Part shown: positions 39,959 through 51,231 of the stretch, in pieces
Layout: every line of letters starts with the position of its first letter
Numbering within the stretch: position 1 is the stretch's first letter
Assembly: GCA_934096405.1 (NCBI GenBank)
Contig: CAKOLW010000001.1
Coordinates: forward strand, 7,046-71,045
Length of the DNA stretch: 64,000 nt
DNA from: an uncultured Bacilli bacterium
GTDB lineage: Bacteria > Bacillota_I > Bacilli_A > RF39 > UBA660
Direction: 5' to 3'
Notes under the pieces: generated by a model
Seen by the model: only the letters and a program-made list of their open reading frames with translations
What the model was told of the DNA's origin: nothing
Databases searched by the model: none
Position numbers and translations under genes: made by a program

Positions 39959-41159
39959 TTTCTACCTCACTTACTATTTTAATTATTTCATTACATCTGT
40001 TATTCCAACTGTTACTTTTAATAAAATCATTAGTTTTTTTAACATCAATAACATTTTTTCCTTTAACAATTAAATCTATATCATTTATATTATCAATAAA
40101 TTTAACATTTGGATATCCTATTATATCAGGCAATTTAGATGATATTGTTATTTTATGCATTGCAATATATTCAAAAACTTTTAAAGGAGATACATAATTA
40201 CCAATAGAATCAGTTTTAAATGGTAATAACGTATAATCTGAATACTTTAAATAATTTGGCAATTCCTTCTGACTTTTTAATCCTAAAAAATGAACATTGC
40301 TTGGCATGGTTCTAACTATATGTAAAATATTATTATAGTCTCCAATCAAATTAATTTGATATTCTTTATCTAAACTAGAAATATATTTTATGATATTCCA
40401 ATCAAACCAACTTCCCCATAAAGAACCATAATATATAAATGTTTTTTTGCCTATTATTAAATCGCTAGGAACATCATATTTCTTATTATAATCAAATAAA
40501 TTCACGTCCACTGCATTTGGTAAATAATAAACATTCTTTTTTATTGATAATTTTTCTTGATATTTATTAATTTGATTTATTAAAGGCTTTGCAGTTGCAG
40601 TTAAGTAATTACTATTTATAATAAATGTATTTAAACTTTTTTTATCGAAAAAGCCATCGCCTAAATTCGTTTCCCAATTATCTATAGTTTCATATATTAT
40701 TTTGTTATTAACTTTTATAGCATATTCCATAAATGGAACAAATTCTTTAGCGGGTATTTCAAAAATAACAATATCATTTTTATTTAAAAGTTTTTTAAAT
40801 TCTTCTAATTTAAAATTCTTAATAAATTTATGTATTACTGTTGGAATTTCCATTTTGCATATTTTACTTTCACTAGATGGTATCCTGTATAAATAAACAA
40901 CATCATAACCAATTTTATTAAATTCTTTAGTAAGTTGACTACTTCTTTGTCCCCCACCAATATCAAAGTAAGGAATTCCAGTAAAAATAAATACCTTCTT
41001 TTTATAAAAAACATAATTTTTTATATTACCCTCTTTAATATTCAAACATTTATAATAATTGATTTTTTTCATAACAATATGTTGAGGTTTAGAAAATAGC
41101 CACACTAAAGTTCCTATAAAACCATGATTACAATAATACTTTTTAATTTTATTTAACAT
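39951..41159 (-). CDS. putative GT-B fold glycosyltransferase
   Basis: C-terminal LKVFEYIAMHKITIS resembles the GT-B xKxxEYxAxGxPVI region. Otherwise unassigned. 402 aa. Confidence 0.5.
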   Translation of the reverse strand: MLNKIKKYYCNHGFIGTLVWLFSKPQHIVMKKINYYKCLNIKEGNIKNYVFYKKKVFIFTGIPYFDIGGGQRSSQLTKEFNKIGYDVVYLYRIPSSESKICKMEIPTVIHKFIKNFKLEEFKKLLNKNDIVIFEIPAKEFVPFMEYAIKVNNKIIYETIDNWETNLGDGFFDKKSLNTFIINSNYLTATAKPLINQINKYQEKLSIKKNVYYLPNAVDVNLFDYNKKYDVPSDLIIGKKTFIYYGSLWGSWFDWNIIKYISSLDKEYQINLIGDYNNILHIVRTMPSNVHFLGLKSQKELPNYLKYSDYTLLPFKTDSIGNYVSPLKVFEYIAMHKITISSKLPDIIGYPNVKFIDNINDIDLIVKGKNVIDVKKTNDFIKSNSWNNRCNEIIKIVSEVENE

Positions 41160-41166
41160 ATTTCAC

Positions 41167-42108
41167 CTACTTAATAAATCTAAATTTTATTGAATATATA
41201 AAAGTATATATCTTAACTAATTTCTTATTTTTTATAATTAATCCCTTAACAAAATTACAAGACTTAACATACCTACTATTTTTCCAATTGTCAATTAAAG
41301 ATAACATATAATATGCTCTATTAATAAAATCATTTCTTACTTTCTTATCAACAATATATCTAGTTTTTAAACTATAAGTCACCAATAATTGAATAATTAA
41401 ATTACTTGTGCAATCCAAATCAAGTTTTTCAATCAAATCAATAACTTTAAAAATATCAAATATTCTACTATCAACTGTAGTTTGTTCACTATTATTATGT
41501 ATAAAATAATTATATAAATTCTCATTTACCTTAGAAACCTTATTACACTTTAACAGATAAGATAAAACAAAGTAAACATCCTCATATTTCATAATTGGAA
41601 ATTTAATATTATTATCTTTAATAATTGAAGATTTAAATAACTTACTATTTGGTCCAAACCTAAATTTTTCTAAATTATTTAATATTTCTTCTCTTTCCAA
41701 ATTATCATTTGGAAAATCACTTTCATCGATTATTTTGTTTGTGCTTTGAAATATTTCTTTAATATTACAACAACTCATATCAGAAGCATTTTCAATTAAA
41801 CTATTATATAGTTTTTCAATATAAGTGCTATCAATTGAATCATCACTATCTAAAAAAGCAATATATTTTCCTTTAGAAACATCAATACCTTTATTTCTTG
41901 CTAAACTTAATCCTTTTTCTTTTAAAACTATTAAAGTTATATTTTTTTCATATTCCTTTAATATTTTTAAACTATTATCAGTACTACCATTTTCAATAAC
42001 AATAATCTCGATATTTTTATAGCTTTGACTTAATGCACTATCAAGACATTTTTTTATATACTTTTCACTATTATAAACAGGTATAATTATACTTATTAAA
42101 TCTTTCAT
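41167..42108 (-). CDS. glycosyltransferase family 2
   Basis: IIIPVYNSEKYIKKCLDSALSQ, ENGSTDNS and FLDSDD motifs. Confidence 0.85.
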   Translation of the reverse strand: MKDLISIIIPVYNSEKYIKKCLDSALSQSYKNIEIIVIENGSTDNSLKILKEYEKNITLIVLKEKGLSLARNKGIDVSKGKYIAFLDSDDSIDSTYIEKLYNSLIENASDMSCCNIKEIFQSTNKIIDESDFPNDNLEREEILNNLEKFRFGPNSKLFKSSIIKDNNIKFPIMKYEDVYFVLSYLLKCNKVSKVNENLYNYFIHNNSEQTTVDSRIFDIFKVIDLIEKLDLDCTSNLIIQLLVTYSLKTRYIVDKKVRNDFINRAYYMLSLIDNWKNSRYVKSCNFVKGLIIKNKKLVKIYTFIYSIKFRFIK

Positions 42109-42178
42109 AAATTCAACCTTTCACTACCATTATACCATTAAATACCACAATATAAAAAGAGGTAATTTAAATTTGTTT

Positions 42179-43762
42179 CTAATTATCCTCTAGTTCATCA
42201 GTCACCTTTTTTATAGTAGTATAATTTGTTATATATTTATTATAATAAACACTCTTTTTTAAAATTTCCGAATTAAAATTATCTTCTCCAAGTTGTTCCA
42301 CCATTGTTTTTTTACCAGAAAATAAATTAACTCCGAACCCAATTTTATCTCCATCAATTTTAGCACCTATACTAGCTAAAACAGTAGGATACATATCAAA
42401 TGAAGAAAACATTCTATTTTTAGTATATTTTGTATCTATTGAACTATTAATAAAAACATTATAAATAGTTCTTTTATAATTAGGATATTCACTAAAATAT
42501 TCTGAGTTCATATTAGGATGATCACCTGTAAGAACTATAGTTGTATTTTCATAAAAATCTTGTTCCTTAATCCAATCTATAAATTCACTCACCATTTTAG
42601 AAGAACAGGCATATGAATTAGATAAAGGTTCATCAAATTCTTTGTCACAACTTTTATCTGTATAACCATCTTTAAAATGTGTATCCATTGTAAAAATACT
42701 AACTGAAAAAGGCTTTTCTTCTTGAGCAAGTTTTAAAATTTCATCTTTAGAAAATTCTAACACTTTTTTATCTTCTACACCTTCCCAAACATGATACCCG
42801 CTAGGTACTAATCCACGATTAACCATTTCATAATAATCTAAAATTTCATAATTACCATGAGTTGTGTAATATTTATCTGTTCCTGCAAAGAATCTCCCTG
42901 TTCCTTGAATTAATTCAAGGTTATAACCTTCATCTTTTAGAACATCCCCTAAGTTTCTCACATTAGGCATAAATTCCTCAACCATATCATAATCATTTCC
43001 AAGCTCAACTAAAATTGGAGTCCCAGATGTTTGACTAACAGTTGCCGCAATTGTCCAAGCCGTAGTTGAAAGTCTATATGCTCCACCCAACTTATCAGTA
43101 TTTGAAAAACTAATATTATCTAAAGCTATTTTTTCTAATTCAGGTATTCTAGATTTACTAAAGGCACCACCATTTTCCGGAGAAACTAAACTAGCTTCCA
43201 TACTTTCAAGGTACAAAATAATTAAATTTTTCTTTTTTTCAGGGAATTTAATCTCAACTTCATTAGTATTTACATAACTAGTTTCATAAATATCTCCACT
43301 AGTTAAATTATTTTTAATATAAGTATGTGCTCCCAGTTTAAACAAAATAAACACACAACTAACTAAAAAAATAACCAATGAATAAACTATTTTGTGTTTA
43401 AATAACACTGGAAATAATTCAATTTCTTTATTCTTTATTTGTAAACTTATTCTAATCTTTTTACTATTTAAAATTGGAACAATAAACAAAAAAAATAAAA
43501 CAATAAATAATCCAGCACAAGCTTTAACTCCCTCATAAAATACAGAACTTCCAAATCCTGTCTTAGGACTAATCAAATAAAAAACAATTTCATAAAAGCT
43601 AACATTGCTTAAAAACTTTTCGATATAAAAACTTAAACAAAATACACCAATTGATAATATTAAAACTAAGAAAGATATTATATTACTTATTATTCTTAAT
43701 ATTTTTTTTGTTTTTGCTTTCTTTATTTGACTTTGCTTCTTTAAATTTCTCTTTTCTTTCAT
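42179..43762 (-). CDS. LTA-synthase family (sulfatase-like) phospho-alcohol transferase
   Basis: N-terminal TM segments then a periplasmic alkaline-phosphatase-like domain (LYLESMEAS..., TMDTHF, TGDHP). 527 aa. Confidence 0.75.
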   Translation of the reverse strand: MKEKRNLKKQSQIKKAKTKKILRIISNIISFLVLILSIGVFCLSFYIEKFLSNVSFYEIVFYLISPKTGFGSSVFYEGVKACAGLFIVLFFLFIVPILNSKKIRISLQIKNKEIELFPVLFKHKIVYSLVIFLVSCVFILFKLGAHTYIKNNLTSGDIYETSYVNTNEVEIKFPEKKKNLIILYLESMEASLVSPENGGAFSKSRIPELEKIALDNISFSNTDKLGGAYRLSTTAWTIAATVSQTSGTPILVELGNDYDMVEEFMPNVRNLGDVLKDEGYNLELIQGTGRFFAGTDKYYTTHGNYEILDYYEMVNRGLVPSGYHVWEGVEDKKVLEFSKDEILKLAQEEKPFSVSIFTMDTHFKDGYTDKSCDKEFDEPLSNSYACSSKMVSEFIDWIKEQDFYENTTIVLTGDHPNMNSEYFSEYPNYKRTIYNVFINSSIDTKYTKNRMFSSFDMYPTVLASIGAKIDGDKIGFGVNLFSGKKTMVEQLGEDNFNSEILKKSVYYNKYITNYTTIKKVTDELEDN

Positions 43763-44066
43763 TATTTGCTACCTCTTTAACATCTACTTTTAAACTAATA
43801 TATTTACTTATTACTAAAAACAATACACTTAAAATTACAGAAATAATTAAACTACATAAAGAATATTTAATAGTAAAAATATTGTTGAAATTAAAAGTTT
43901 TTACTCCTTTAATATTATACATAAATATATAACTAATTAAATTAGTTAACAAAGTATTTAATAAATAAATGTAAATACTTAACTTTTCATTCTCTTTTCC
44001 AGTATTCCTTAAATAAATAATTGTACCTAAACTACTAGGTAACATTAATGCTATAAACTTATTCAT
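43683..44066 (-). CDS. small hypothetical membrane protein; overlaps 5' end of downstream gene by 80 nt, so one of the two starts is likely wrong
   Basis: ORF of 127 aa with two or three TM helices and a Lys-rich tail. Confidence 0.3.
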   Translation of the reverse strand: MNKFIALMLPSSLGTIIYLRNTGKENEKLSIYIYLLNTLLTNLISYIFMYNIKGVKTFNFNNIFTIKYSLCSLIISVILSVLFLVISKYISLKVDVKEVANNERKEKFKEAKSNKESKNKKNIKNNK

Positions 44067-44124
44067 AATTCATCTCCTGCTTAAGTATTATACTACATAT
44101 AAAAAGAAAAAGAAATATCAGTAT

Positions 44125-45093
44125 TTACTTTTCTATAAGAAATCTCAATATTTCTTCTTTTTCCTTATTTCCAATAATAATATCACTTATTAAATCCACT
44201 ATAGTCATTTTAACATGTTCTCTTTTAATAAGTTCTTTAATACTTTTTAAAGTATATAACCCTTCTACAGTTGTATTTTTTCCATATACTTCAGCTTCTT
44301 CTAACTTGCCTTCACCAATTAAATGACCATAACTAAAATTTCTACTATTAGTACTAGTACAAGTCATTAAAATATCACCAAATCCACTAAATGAAAGAAT
44401 AGTTTTCTTATTACCACCTAATGCATCTATTAATTCTTTAATATCATTTAAACTTTCAGTTAAAAATAAAGCTTTTGTTGAATCAGTAACATTCATTCCG
44501 TCTAATATACCAGAAGCAATTGCCATAACATTCTTTATCGCCCCACATATTTGTACACCAATAACATCTTGTGTCTCTCTTAACTTAACAGTATTACTTT
44601 CCATTGATTTTTTAATAAAATTCTTAGTTCTAACATTAGTAGTAGCCAAACTAAGTCCAACAGGTACATTTAACACTATATCTCTAGCAAAAGTTGGTCC
44701 CGATATTACAGCAATCTTATTACTATTTATATGTCTCTCAACTACATCAGTCAAAAAATCACACGTATCATTTTCAATACCCTTAGTTGCAATTAAAATA
44801 TGCATATCTTTAGTTATAAATTTACTTATCAATTTAGAAGTACTATCTACTGCAAAAGCTGGTACTGCTATAACAACTAAATTTGACTTATTTAAAGCTC
44901 TCTTAATACTACTTGTTATCTTAACATTATCAGGAATTATATAATCTGGTAATTTATCACTCACCCTTTTAACATTTAACATCTTTTCTTCATCTTTACT
45001 AAAAGTCCATAACATAACATTATGTTTATTTCTATTAAATATACTAGATAAAGCAATACCATAAGCTCCACTCCCTAAAATACATACCTTCAT
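44125..45093 (-). CDS. gpsA: NAD(P)H-dependent glycerol-3-phosphate dehydrogenase
   Basis: MKVCILGSGAYGIALSSIF Rossmann start. 322 aa. Conserved GpsA architecture. Confidence 0.9.
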   Translation of the reverse strand: MKVCILGSGAYGIALSSIFNRNKHNVMLWTFSKDEEKMLNVKRVSDKLPDYIIPDNVKITSSIKRALNKSNLVVIAVPAFAVDSTSKLISKFITKDMHILIATKGIENDTCDFLTDVVERHINSNKIAVISGPTFARDIVLNVPVGLSLATTNVRTKNFIKKSMESNTVKLRETQDVIGVQICGAIKNVMAIASGILDGMNVTDSTKALFLTESLNDIKELIDALGGNKKTILSFSGFGDILMTCTSTNSRNFSYGHLIGEGKLEEAEVYGKNTTVEGLYTLKSIKELIKREHVKMTIVDLISDIIIGNKEKEEILRFLIEK

Positions 45094-46151
45094 TACTTAT
45101 CTTTCACTTTCTTTCCATTATCAAATATAACATTAGTTTTAAACACTAAAAATAATATTAAAAATGCTAACAACACATAAAATATAATCATTTCTTTTCT
45201 ATAACCAATACTATATAAAATAGTAACAGCACTAAATATCATATCTATAAAATAAATTATTAAAATAGTTTTTCTAGTACTCAATTTCTTTAATAATTGA
45301 TGATGAATATGTTCTTTATCAGCTTCACCAATAGGTCTTTTATGTATAGTTCTCCTTATAATGGCAAATAAAGTATCAATAATAGGTAAAATCAAAAGTA
45401 CCATTGGAATTATTAAACTAGTTAAAGTTACAGTTTTGAATCCAAGCAACATAATAACACTTATCATTAGTCCTAAAAAAGTACTTCCAGTATCACCCAT
45501 AAATATTTTAGCTGGCGGAAAATTATGAACAAGAAAACCTGTTGTAGCACCAAACATAATAAATGAAAGCATTATATCAAGTCCACCTAATTTATTTAAA
45601 ATTAAAGCAATTATTCCAATAGTTAAAAAATAAATAGAACTTATACCAGCACACAACCCATCTAATCCATCTATCAAATTAATCGCATTTATAATTGATA
45701 CTATTAGCAAAACAGTTATTGGATAAGACCATTTACCTAAATAAGCATTTATACTAAACATATCAAAATAATCTAACTTTAATCCTCCATAAAAAACTAT
45801 AATACAGGCAACTAAAATATGTACTAAAAATTTAATTTTCGCAGGTATCGGTTTAATATCATCAAATATACCAAGTAATAATATTAAAAATGATGCTATT
45901 AAAATAGATAACATTAAAGTACTCTCTTTACCAAATAATATGTATCCTAATAAAAACGATAAAAATATTCCTATTCCACCAAGTAATGGAGTTGGTTTTT
46001 TATGAGCACTTCTATTGTTAGGTACATCCAATATATTAGTATGTATAGCCACTAATTTACTTAAATATACAAATATTACTGAACTAACAAAAGTAACAGC
46101 TACTATTAAAAATACATTATGTCCATTCACATTAAAATTCACTTCTATCAC
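45093..46151 (-). CDS. undecaprenyl-phosphate sugar-1-phosphate transferase, MraY/WecA/TagO family
   Basis: Polytopic membrane protein with FDDIKPIPAKIK and NLIDGLDGL motifs, and FMGDTGS. Confidence 0.85.
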   Translation of the reverse strand: MIEVNFNVNGHNVFLIVAVTFVSSVIFVYLSKLVAIHTNILDVPNNRSAHKKPTPLLGGIGIFLSFLLGYILFGKESTLMLSILIASFLILLLGIFDDIKPIPAKIKFLVHILVACIIVFYGGLKLDYFDMFSINAYLGKWSYPITVLLIVSIINAINLIDGLDGLCAGISSIYFLTIGIIALILNKLGGLDIMLSFIMFGATTGFLVHNFPPAKIFMGDTGSTFLGLMISVIMLLGFKTVTLTSLIIPMVLLILPIIDTLFAIIRRTIHKRPIGEADKEHIHHQLLKKLSTRKTILIIYFIDMIFSAVTILYSIGYRKEMIIFYVLLAFLILFLVFKTNVIFDNGKKVKDK

Positions 46152-46197
46152 CCTCTAAACAAATTATACTATAAAAATTATAAAAGAAAAAGAAATA

Positions 46198-46737
46198 TTA
46201 ATATTTGCTATAAACATTTCCTAGAATATCTATAAATAAAGGAGTACATCCAGCATCTCCAATAGAATACTCTATATTATTATCTATTACATTTACAATG
46301 TATTTAAAATTTAATTTTTCTATATCTTGTTCTTCCATCTCAACACAAAATCTATATAATGAGCCATCCAAAGTAGTATAGTAGACATAATTAAATCCAC
46401 CATTTCCTTCACCAACTACAAAGAAATTAATTACATCTTTAGCCATCACATAATCTTCATACTTACCACCTTGATTTAAAATTAACTCATTGTTAGTATT
46501 AACCATTAATGTATAACTACCTACTACTTCACTATTAATCATTTTAATATTTCTATATTGTTCATTATTACTATTTAAATTATTCATACTTTTTTTATAA
46601 TTATTAACATATAATTTGTATTTTTCTTCATCACTAATTTCTCCACAATTTTTAGAATTATTTTTAAACAAGAAATATGCTAATACAAGTATACAACTAA
46701 TTAAAACAATTATAATAATATCTTTAAACCTATTCAC
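46198..46737 (-). CDS. hypothetical membrane-anchored protein
   Basis: ORF of 179 aa with an N-terminal TM helix. No motif. Confidence 0.4.
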   Translation of the reverse strand: MNRFKDIIIIVLISCILVLAYFLFKNNSKNCGEISDEEKYKLYVNNYKKSMNNLNSNNEQYRNIKMINSEVVGSYTLMVNTNNELILNQGGKYEDYVMAKDVINFFVVGEGNGGFNYVYYTTLDGSLYRFCVEMEEQDIEKLNFKYIVNVIDNNIEYSIGDAGCTPLFIDILGNVYSKY

Positions 46738-47974
46738 TTAATTTACCCCTTCCCATATTTAATATTAATGCTACAAATATACTAATCGCAGGTGTAATAA
46801 ATATATGTCCTTGAAATAAAGCAAGTAACATTATTAACAATATAGATATAAATGTATTAACACTCACAAAATTAATAGAATTATTTTTAAAAAACATTAC
46901 TATCATATATATAACTGGTATAAAGAATAAAACAAATCCTATAATACCTTCTCTATAAAATATATCAAAATAATCCATTTCAACTATTTTAAGATTAACT
47001 GAATCTGTACTATAATTTTCTATATAACCTATACCAAATATCTTTTCTAGAATAGGACTTTTATTATAATTATGTCTAGTTCTTTCTTCCATAGATAGCC
47101 TTTGACTAAATACAAAATGATCTAAAAATTCTTTACTAAATACTTTAACATCATTCTTTTTCAAAAAGTTATAATGTATTTTTAAATTTTCATAAAAGCT
47201 TGTTTTAGGTATCACATAAGCACTAACTCCACAAAGTAATATTAAACTACTAAATATTATAACAATACTTTTCTTTTTCTTAGATTTAAATAATTTATAA
47301 ACATAATATAAAAGATTAAAAAATAGTATTATACCCAATCCTAAAACAGGTGTCTTAGTTCCTAAACTAAATACGCTATAAAGTGCAATTGCACCCAAAA
47401 TAACTATTAAAAACTTAGGTAATTTTTTTATTTCACTTAATATTATAGGTAATAAAATAACTAATATAGAACCTACTACATTTGCTGAATAAAACCATCC
47501 AGTCATACCAGTTTTACTATGTGAATAACTTTTGAATCCAATACCAAGAACATTAGGTATAAATGTTAATAAAACATAAATTATCCACAAATACATAAGC
47601 TCTTTCTTACTAATTTTATTATCTTTGTAAATAACTCCTAAACTTATCAACAAAAATACAAAATAATAAGTTGATATTGTGTTCTTAAACTCATACATAA
47701 ACACACTCATATCTTTATCAAATACCATAATTAATGTATGAATAATAATTGTAATAATTAAAGTCGATACATATATTAAAGTTTTCTTTTTATTTTCATA
47801 CTCCCCAAAATATAAATATAAAACCATTAAACCCATAAATACTAATCTAATCAAAGATGTAACAAAGTTATCAACATTATTATAAATTAACACCGCAGCC
47901 AAAACATCTAAAAATGGTTGTATAAACAAGAATATTTTTAAGAACTTATTATTATTTATTATCTTTTTCATCAT
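46730..47974 (-). CDS. O-antigen ligase / polymerase (Wzy-like) family membrane protein
   Basis: 414 aa with about 10 TM helices and a large loop near the C-terminus. Lies in a polysaccharide context. Confidence 0.6.
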   Translation of the reverse strand: MMKKIINNNKFLKIFLFIQPFLDVLAAVLIYNNVDNFVTSLIRLVFMGLMVLYLYFGEYENKKKTLIYVSTLIITIIIHTLIMVFDKDMSVFMYEFKNTISTYYFVFLLISLGVIYKDNKISKKELMYLWIIYVLLTFIPNVLGIGFKSYSHSKTGMTGWFYSANVVGSILVILLPIILSEIKKLPKFLIVILGAIALYSVFSLGTKTPVLGLGIILFFNLLYYVYKLFKSKKKKSIVIIFSSLILLCGVSAYVIPKTSFYENLKIHYNFLKKNDVKVFSKEFLDHFVFSQRLSMEERTRHNYNKSPILEKIFGIGYIENYSTDSVNLKIVEMDYFDIFYREGIIGFVLFFIPVIYMIVMFFKNNSINFVSVNTFISILLIMLLALFQGHIFITPAISIFVALILNMGRGKLSE

Positions 47975-48509
47975 TAAACATTCTCCATAAATTATCTATT
48001 TCTATAATATCATTAGTATAAGTTTTCTCTCTTTTAGAAACATACTCATCAAAGGTACATATCTTCTTAGCTGGATTTCCACCCACGACAGTATTATCAG
48101 GAATATCTTTCGTAACCACACTTCCAGAACCAATAATAACATTATTTCCTATTTTAATATTTGGTAGAATCACACTATTGGAACCTATAAATACATTATC
48201 TCCAACTTTAATAGGTCTTAAATAATAAGGATAATATTTATTATATTCCATATTATTTAAAACATTATGTATAATATCATGATTTATAAAAGTAACATCA
48301 CTAGCAACTGTAACATTATTACCAAAACTAATCATTTTAGCATCACTTGGTAACTTTCTTGGTTGAAAAAAGAAATTATCGCCCACACTATAAAAAATAT
48401 TCTTTTTAACTATATACTTACTCCTTTTATAAGCATCAAATATTAGAAAAACTCTAAATCTAATAAATTGTTTTTTAACATAACTTTTCACTTTATCACC
48501 TACATTCAT
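47952..48509 (-). CDS. sugar O-acetyltransferase (left-handed beta-helix / hexapeptide repeat)
   Basis: [49 protein letters not shown] hexapeptide repeats. Confidence 0.85.
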   Translation of the reverse strand: MNVGDKVKSYVKKQFIRFRVFLIFDAYKRSKYIVKKNIFYSVGDNFFFQPRKLPSDAKMISFGNNVTVASDVTFINHDIIHNVLNNMEYNKYYPYYLRPIKVGDNVFIGSNSVILPNIKIGNNVIIGSGSVVTKDIPDNTVVGGNPAKKICTFDEYVSKREKTYTNDIIEIDNLWRMFNDEKDNK

Positions 48510-49173
48510 CTATTATTGATAAAATTAAATCTACACTAATATCAATAAATTTTTCAATATTTTTTAAATCAAACATATAATTTTTACTTTCTTTACTATT
48601 TTCAATTATTATACCAATTTTATCAACAACTAATTTAATATTATTCATTGGTATTTCTTCAATAATATAATTAAATTTAGGTAATTCATTATAAAATATT
48701 TTTAAATCTAAATTATATTTATCAATTAATTTAATATTTAAATCAGTATAATCATTATATATATAATTTATAAGTGTATCTTCATCATATTTCACAACTG
48801 AACCATCTAATCTTTTAATCATTGTATCATTATATAATTCACTCATAAAATACTTAAACCATAAATAATCAGTATACAAATGTATAAAATAGCCCAATAC
48901 AAAATCATCTGTTAAATTAGATTTATATTTATTTAAAAATTTACCAATATCAGGAATATCAGAACCAGCTTCACTAATAAAATGACTCTTTATTTTATTC
49001 TCACCAATTAGCTTAGATATATCAGGCGAAATACTACCTATTAATAATTTATTACTATCTCTATTTAATTTTTTATTTAACTCATTAGCAACTACTAAAT
49101 GAATAACTGCTGAAGCCATTTTTACCACATCCATTATAATTATATCAATATTAAAGATTAAATAAAAGAACAA
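48496..49173 (-). CDS. hypothetical protein, possibly zinc-dependent phospholipase C-like fold; first gene of the glycopolymer operon
   Basis: N-terminal [11 protein letters not shown] resembles the HLWIVNRAI start of bacterial Zn-PLC. Weak. Confidence 0.35.
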   Translation of the reverse strand: MFFYLIFNIDIIIMDVVKMASAVIHLVVANELNKKLNRDSNKLLIGSISPDISKLIGENKIKSHFISEAGSDIPDIGKFLNKYKSNLTDDFVLGYFIHLYTDYLWFKYFMSELYNDTMIKRLDGSVVKYDEDTLINYIYNDYTDLNIKLIDKYNLDLKIFYNELPKFNYIIEEIPMNNIKLVVDKIGIIIENSKESKNYMFDLKNIEKFIDISVDLILSIIDECR

Positions 49174-49248
49174 TTTACTTTACACAATAATACCAATATA
49201 ATTTGACTAATCTAATAACTGATGATATAAATAAGTTAGGAGAATGAT

Positions 49249-49731
49249 ATGAAAAATATGTTATTAATTATAGATTTACAAAATAATTTTATAAATGAAA
49301 ATACAAAAGATATACCTGATAAAATAAAAGATTATATTGAAACAAATACTTTAGATTATGTATGTTTTACTAAATTTATAAATGAACTTGATAATAATTT
49401 TTATAATAAATTAAATTATATAGGATGTGTAGAAGATGAAGATAGAGAAATTGTTCTAAACACTGATAATTATAAAATATTTACTAAGAAAACATATACT
49501 GCATTAAATGAAGAATTAAAAGAATATATAAAACTTAATAATATAAATACAATCTATTTATGTGGGATTGATACAGATGCTTGTGTTTTAAAAACAGCAT
49601 TAGACCTTTTTGATTATAATTTAGATGTTAAAATATTAAAAGATTTATGTATGAGTCACTCAGGAATAGATTATCATAATTATGCACTGATACTTCTTGA
49701 AAAATTAATAGGAAAAAATAATATAATTTAG
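49249..49731 (+). CDS. isochorismatase-family cysteine hydrolase
   Basis: LLIIDLQNNF (Asp), conserved Lys, and IYLCGIDTDACVLKTALD (Cys) triad arrangement. 160 aa. Confidence 0.7.
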   Translation: MKNMLLIIDLQNNFINENTKDIPDKIKDYIETNTLDYVCFTKFINELDNNFYNKLNYIGCVEDEDREIVLNTDNYKIFTKKTYTALNEELKEYIKLNNINTIYLCGIDTDACVLKTALDLFDYNLDVKILKDLCMSHSGIDYHNYALILLEKLIGKNNII

Positions 49732-49740
49732 GAGAATACC

Positions 49741-50607
49741 ATGGAAAACTATTTAGAAAACTTAAAAATAAAATTTAATTATTCTGATGATATGATAAGA
49801 CTATTAAATTCTGTCATACCAGCGATTATTAGAGTATTTGGAGAAGAACATACTGAAACGATTTTGCGTGCTATTAATGAATGTGAAATACATATACAAG
49901 GGCCCACTGAGAATACTCAAGATTATTTAAATACTTATTTTAATACTCAAGAAAAATGGCAAATACCAACAACAGGTGGTGCTTTCTATCATAAAAATAT
50001 AAAGGTTACAGAAACAGGATTAGAGTCAAAATCAATTGTATATATAAGAACTCCATATAAAAAAGAATTTATCTTAGACAATAACAAACTAGATACAATT
50101 GTACATGAACTATGTCACGCTATTAAAGGCTACAAAAAAGAAAAATTAATTAATGGTAAAGTATATGATTCAACTGGTCTAAATAAAGATATATGTGATA
50201 TAGAAAATGGTAAAATAGAAGTAAAAGAAACAAGTATGTTAGGTATTGAAGAAGCATTAAATACAGTAACTACTGCAAAAATATGCAAGTTGATAACTGG
50301 AGAGTATCAAATAAAGAGTTATGGCAGAGCCAGTAGTATTGCTGAATTGTTATTACAAAATGATGAACTAAAAAAACTATTATTTAGAGCACAATTTAAA
50401 GAAGATAATGAGTGGATTGAATACTTAGGAGAGGAAAATGCAAAAATAATATGTAAAAATTTAGATACATTAGTCAATGCAATGTACGCACCTTGGAGTG
50501 AAGTTAATACACCCGAAAAAAGAAAAGCACATAATGAAAGACTTAATAAATTATGTGAAGAAACATATGATTTTACCAGTGAAATATTGAAAAGTAAAAG
50601 TTTATAA
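49741..50607 (+). CDS. hypothetical protein with HExxH motif (putative zinc metallopeptidase-like)
   Basis: 288 aa. IVHELCHAIKGY. 10-nt gaps to both neighbours. Confidence 0.45.
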   Translation: MENYLENLKIKFNYSDDMIRLLNSVIPAIIRVFGEEHTETILRAINECEIHIQGPTENTQDYLNTYFNTQEKWQIPTTGGAFYHKNIKVTETGLESKSIVYIRTPYKKEFILDNNKLDTIVHELCHAIKGYKKEKLINGKVYDSTGLNKDICDIENGKIEVKETSMLGIEEALNTVTTAKICKLITGEYQIKSYGRASSIAELLLQNDELKKLLFRAQFKEDNEWIEYLGEENAKIICKNLDTLVNAMYAPWSEVNTPEKRKAHNERLNKLCEETYDFTSEILKSKSL

Positions 50608-50616
50608 GGAGAATTT

Positions 50617-51192
50617 ATGAAAATACCATTAAGATTTCAAGTTACAGAATTTGATTGTGGAACAGTATCGCTTTTAAATGCATTTAGTTACTTATTTGAA
50701 AGAGAAGAAATACCAGCTTTATTAGTTAAATCGATATTTAAATACACATTGGACTGCTATGATGATAAAGGCAATCTTGGACAAGGCGGAACTAGTAGAG
50801 AAGCAATAAAAAAATTAACAAAGTGGATAACAAATTATACTAATGAAAACAATTTTAATGTTAAGTGTATAAGACTAGAAAAGGAACAAGTCACTTTAGA
50901 AAAAATGAAAGAATGTATAAATAATAATGGTGTAGTTTTTATAAGATGTTATCAAGAATGTGAACATTATGTAATTATAACTAAAATAACTAAAAATTAT
51001 GTTTATATATTTGACCCATACTATTTAGATAGAAATGAGTATGATAATGATAATTCTGTTAAAATGATACTTAATAAACCATTTGATTACAATAGAAGAG
51101 TAACCATAGAAAGAGTATTTAGTGAAACAAAAAAGGATTTTTCATTAGGTTCAGTTTACAATAGAGAATGTGTTTTAATTAATAAGTATTGA
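50617..51192 (+). CDS. stand-alone C39-like (papain-fold) cysteine peptidase
   Basis: FQVTEFDCGTVSLLNAFSYL matches the Q-x5-DCG-x-x-S/A-L C39 N-terminal signature. Candidate His (ECEHYVII) and Asp (IFDPYY) complete the triad. 191 aa. Confidence 0.6.
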   Translation: MKIPLRFQVTEFDCGTVSLLNAFSYLFEREEIPALLVKSIFKYTLDCYDDKGNLGQGGTSREAIKKLTKWITNYTNENNFNVKCIRLEKEQVTLEKMKECINNNGVVFIRCYQECEHYVIITKITKNYVYIFDPYYLDRNEYDNDNSVKMILNKPFDYNRRVTIERVFSETKKDFSLGSVYNRECVLINKY

Positions 51193-51231
51193 CATAATAC
51201 CCTTCTAACATATAAAATTTAATTAGAATAT

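Noticed and set aside
48496-49173. Confident zinc-phospholipase-C annotation
   Set aside because: Only the first about 15 residues resemble the PLC N-terminus. No further zinc-ligand pattern could be verified by eye.
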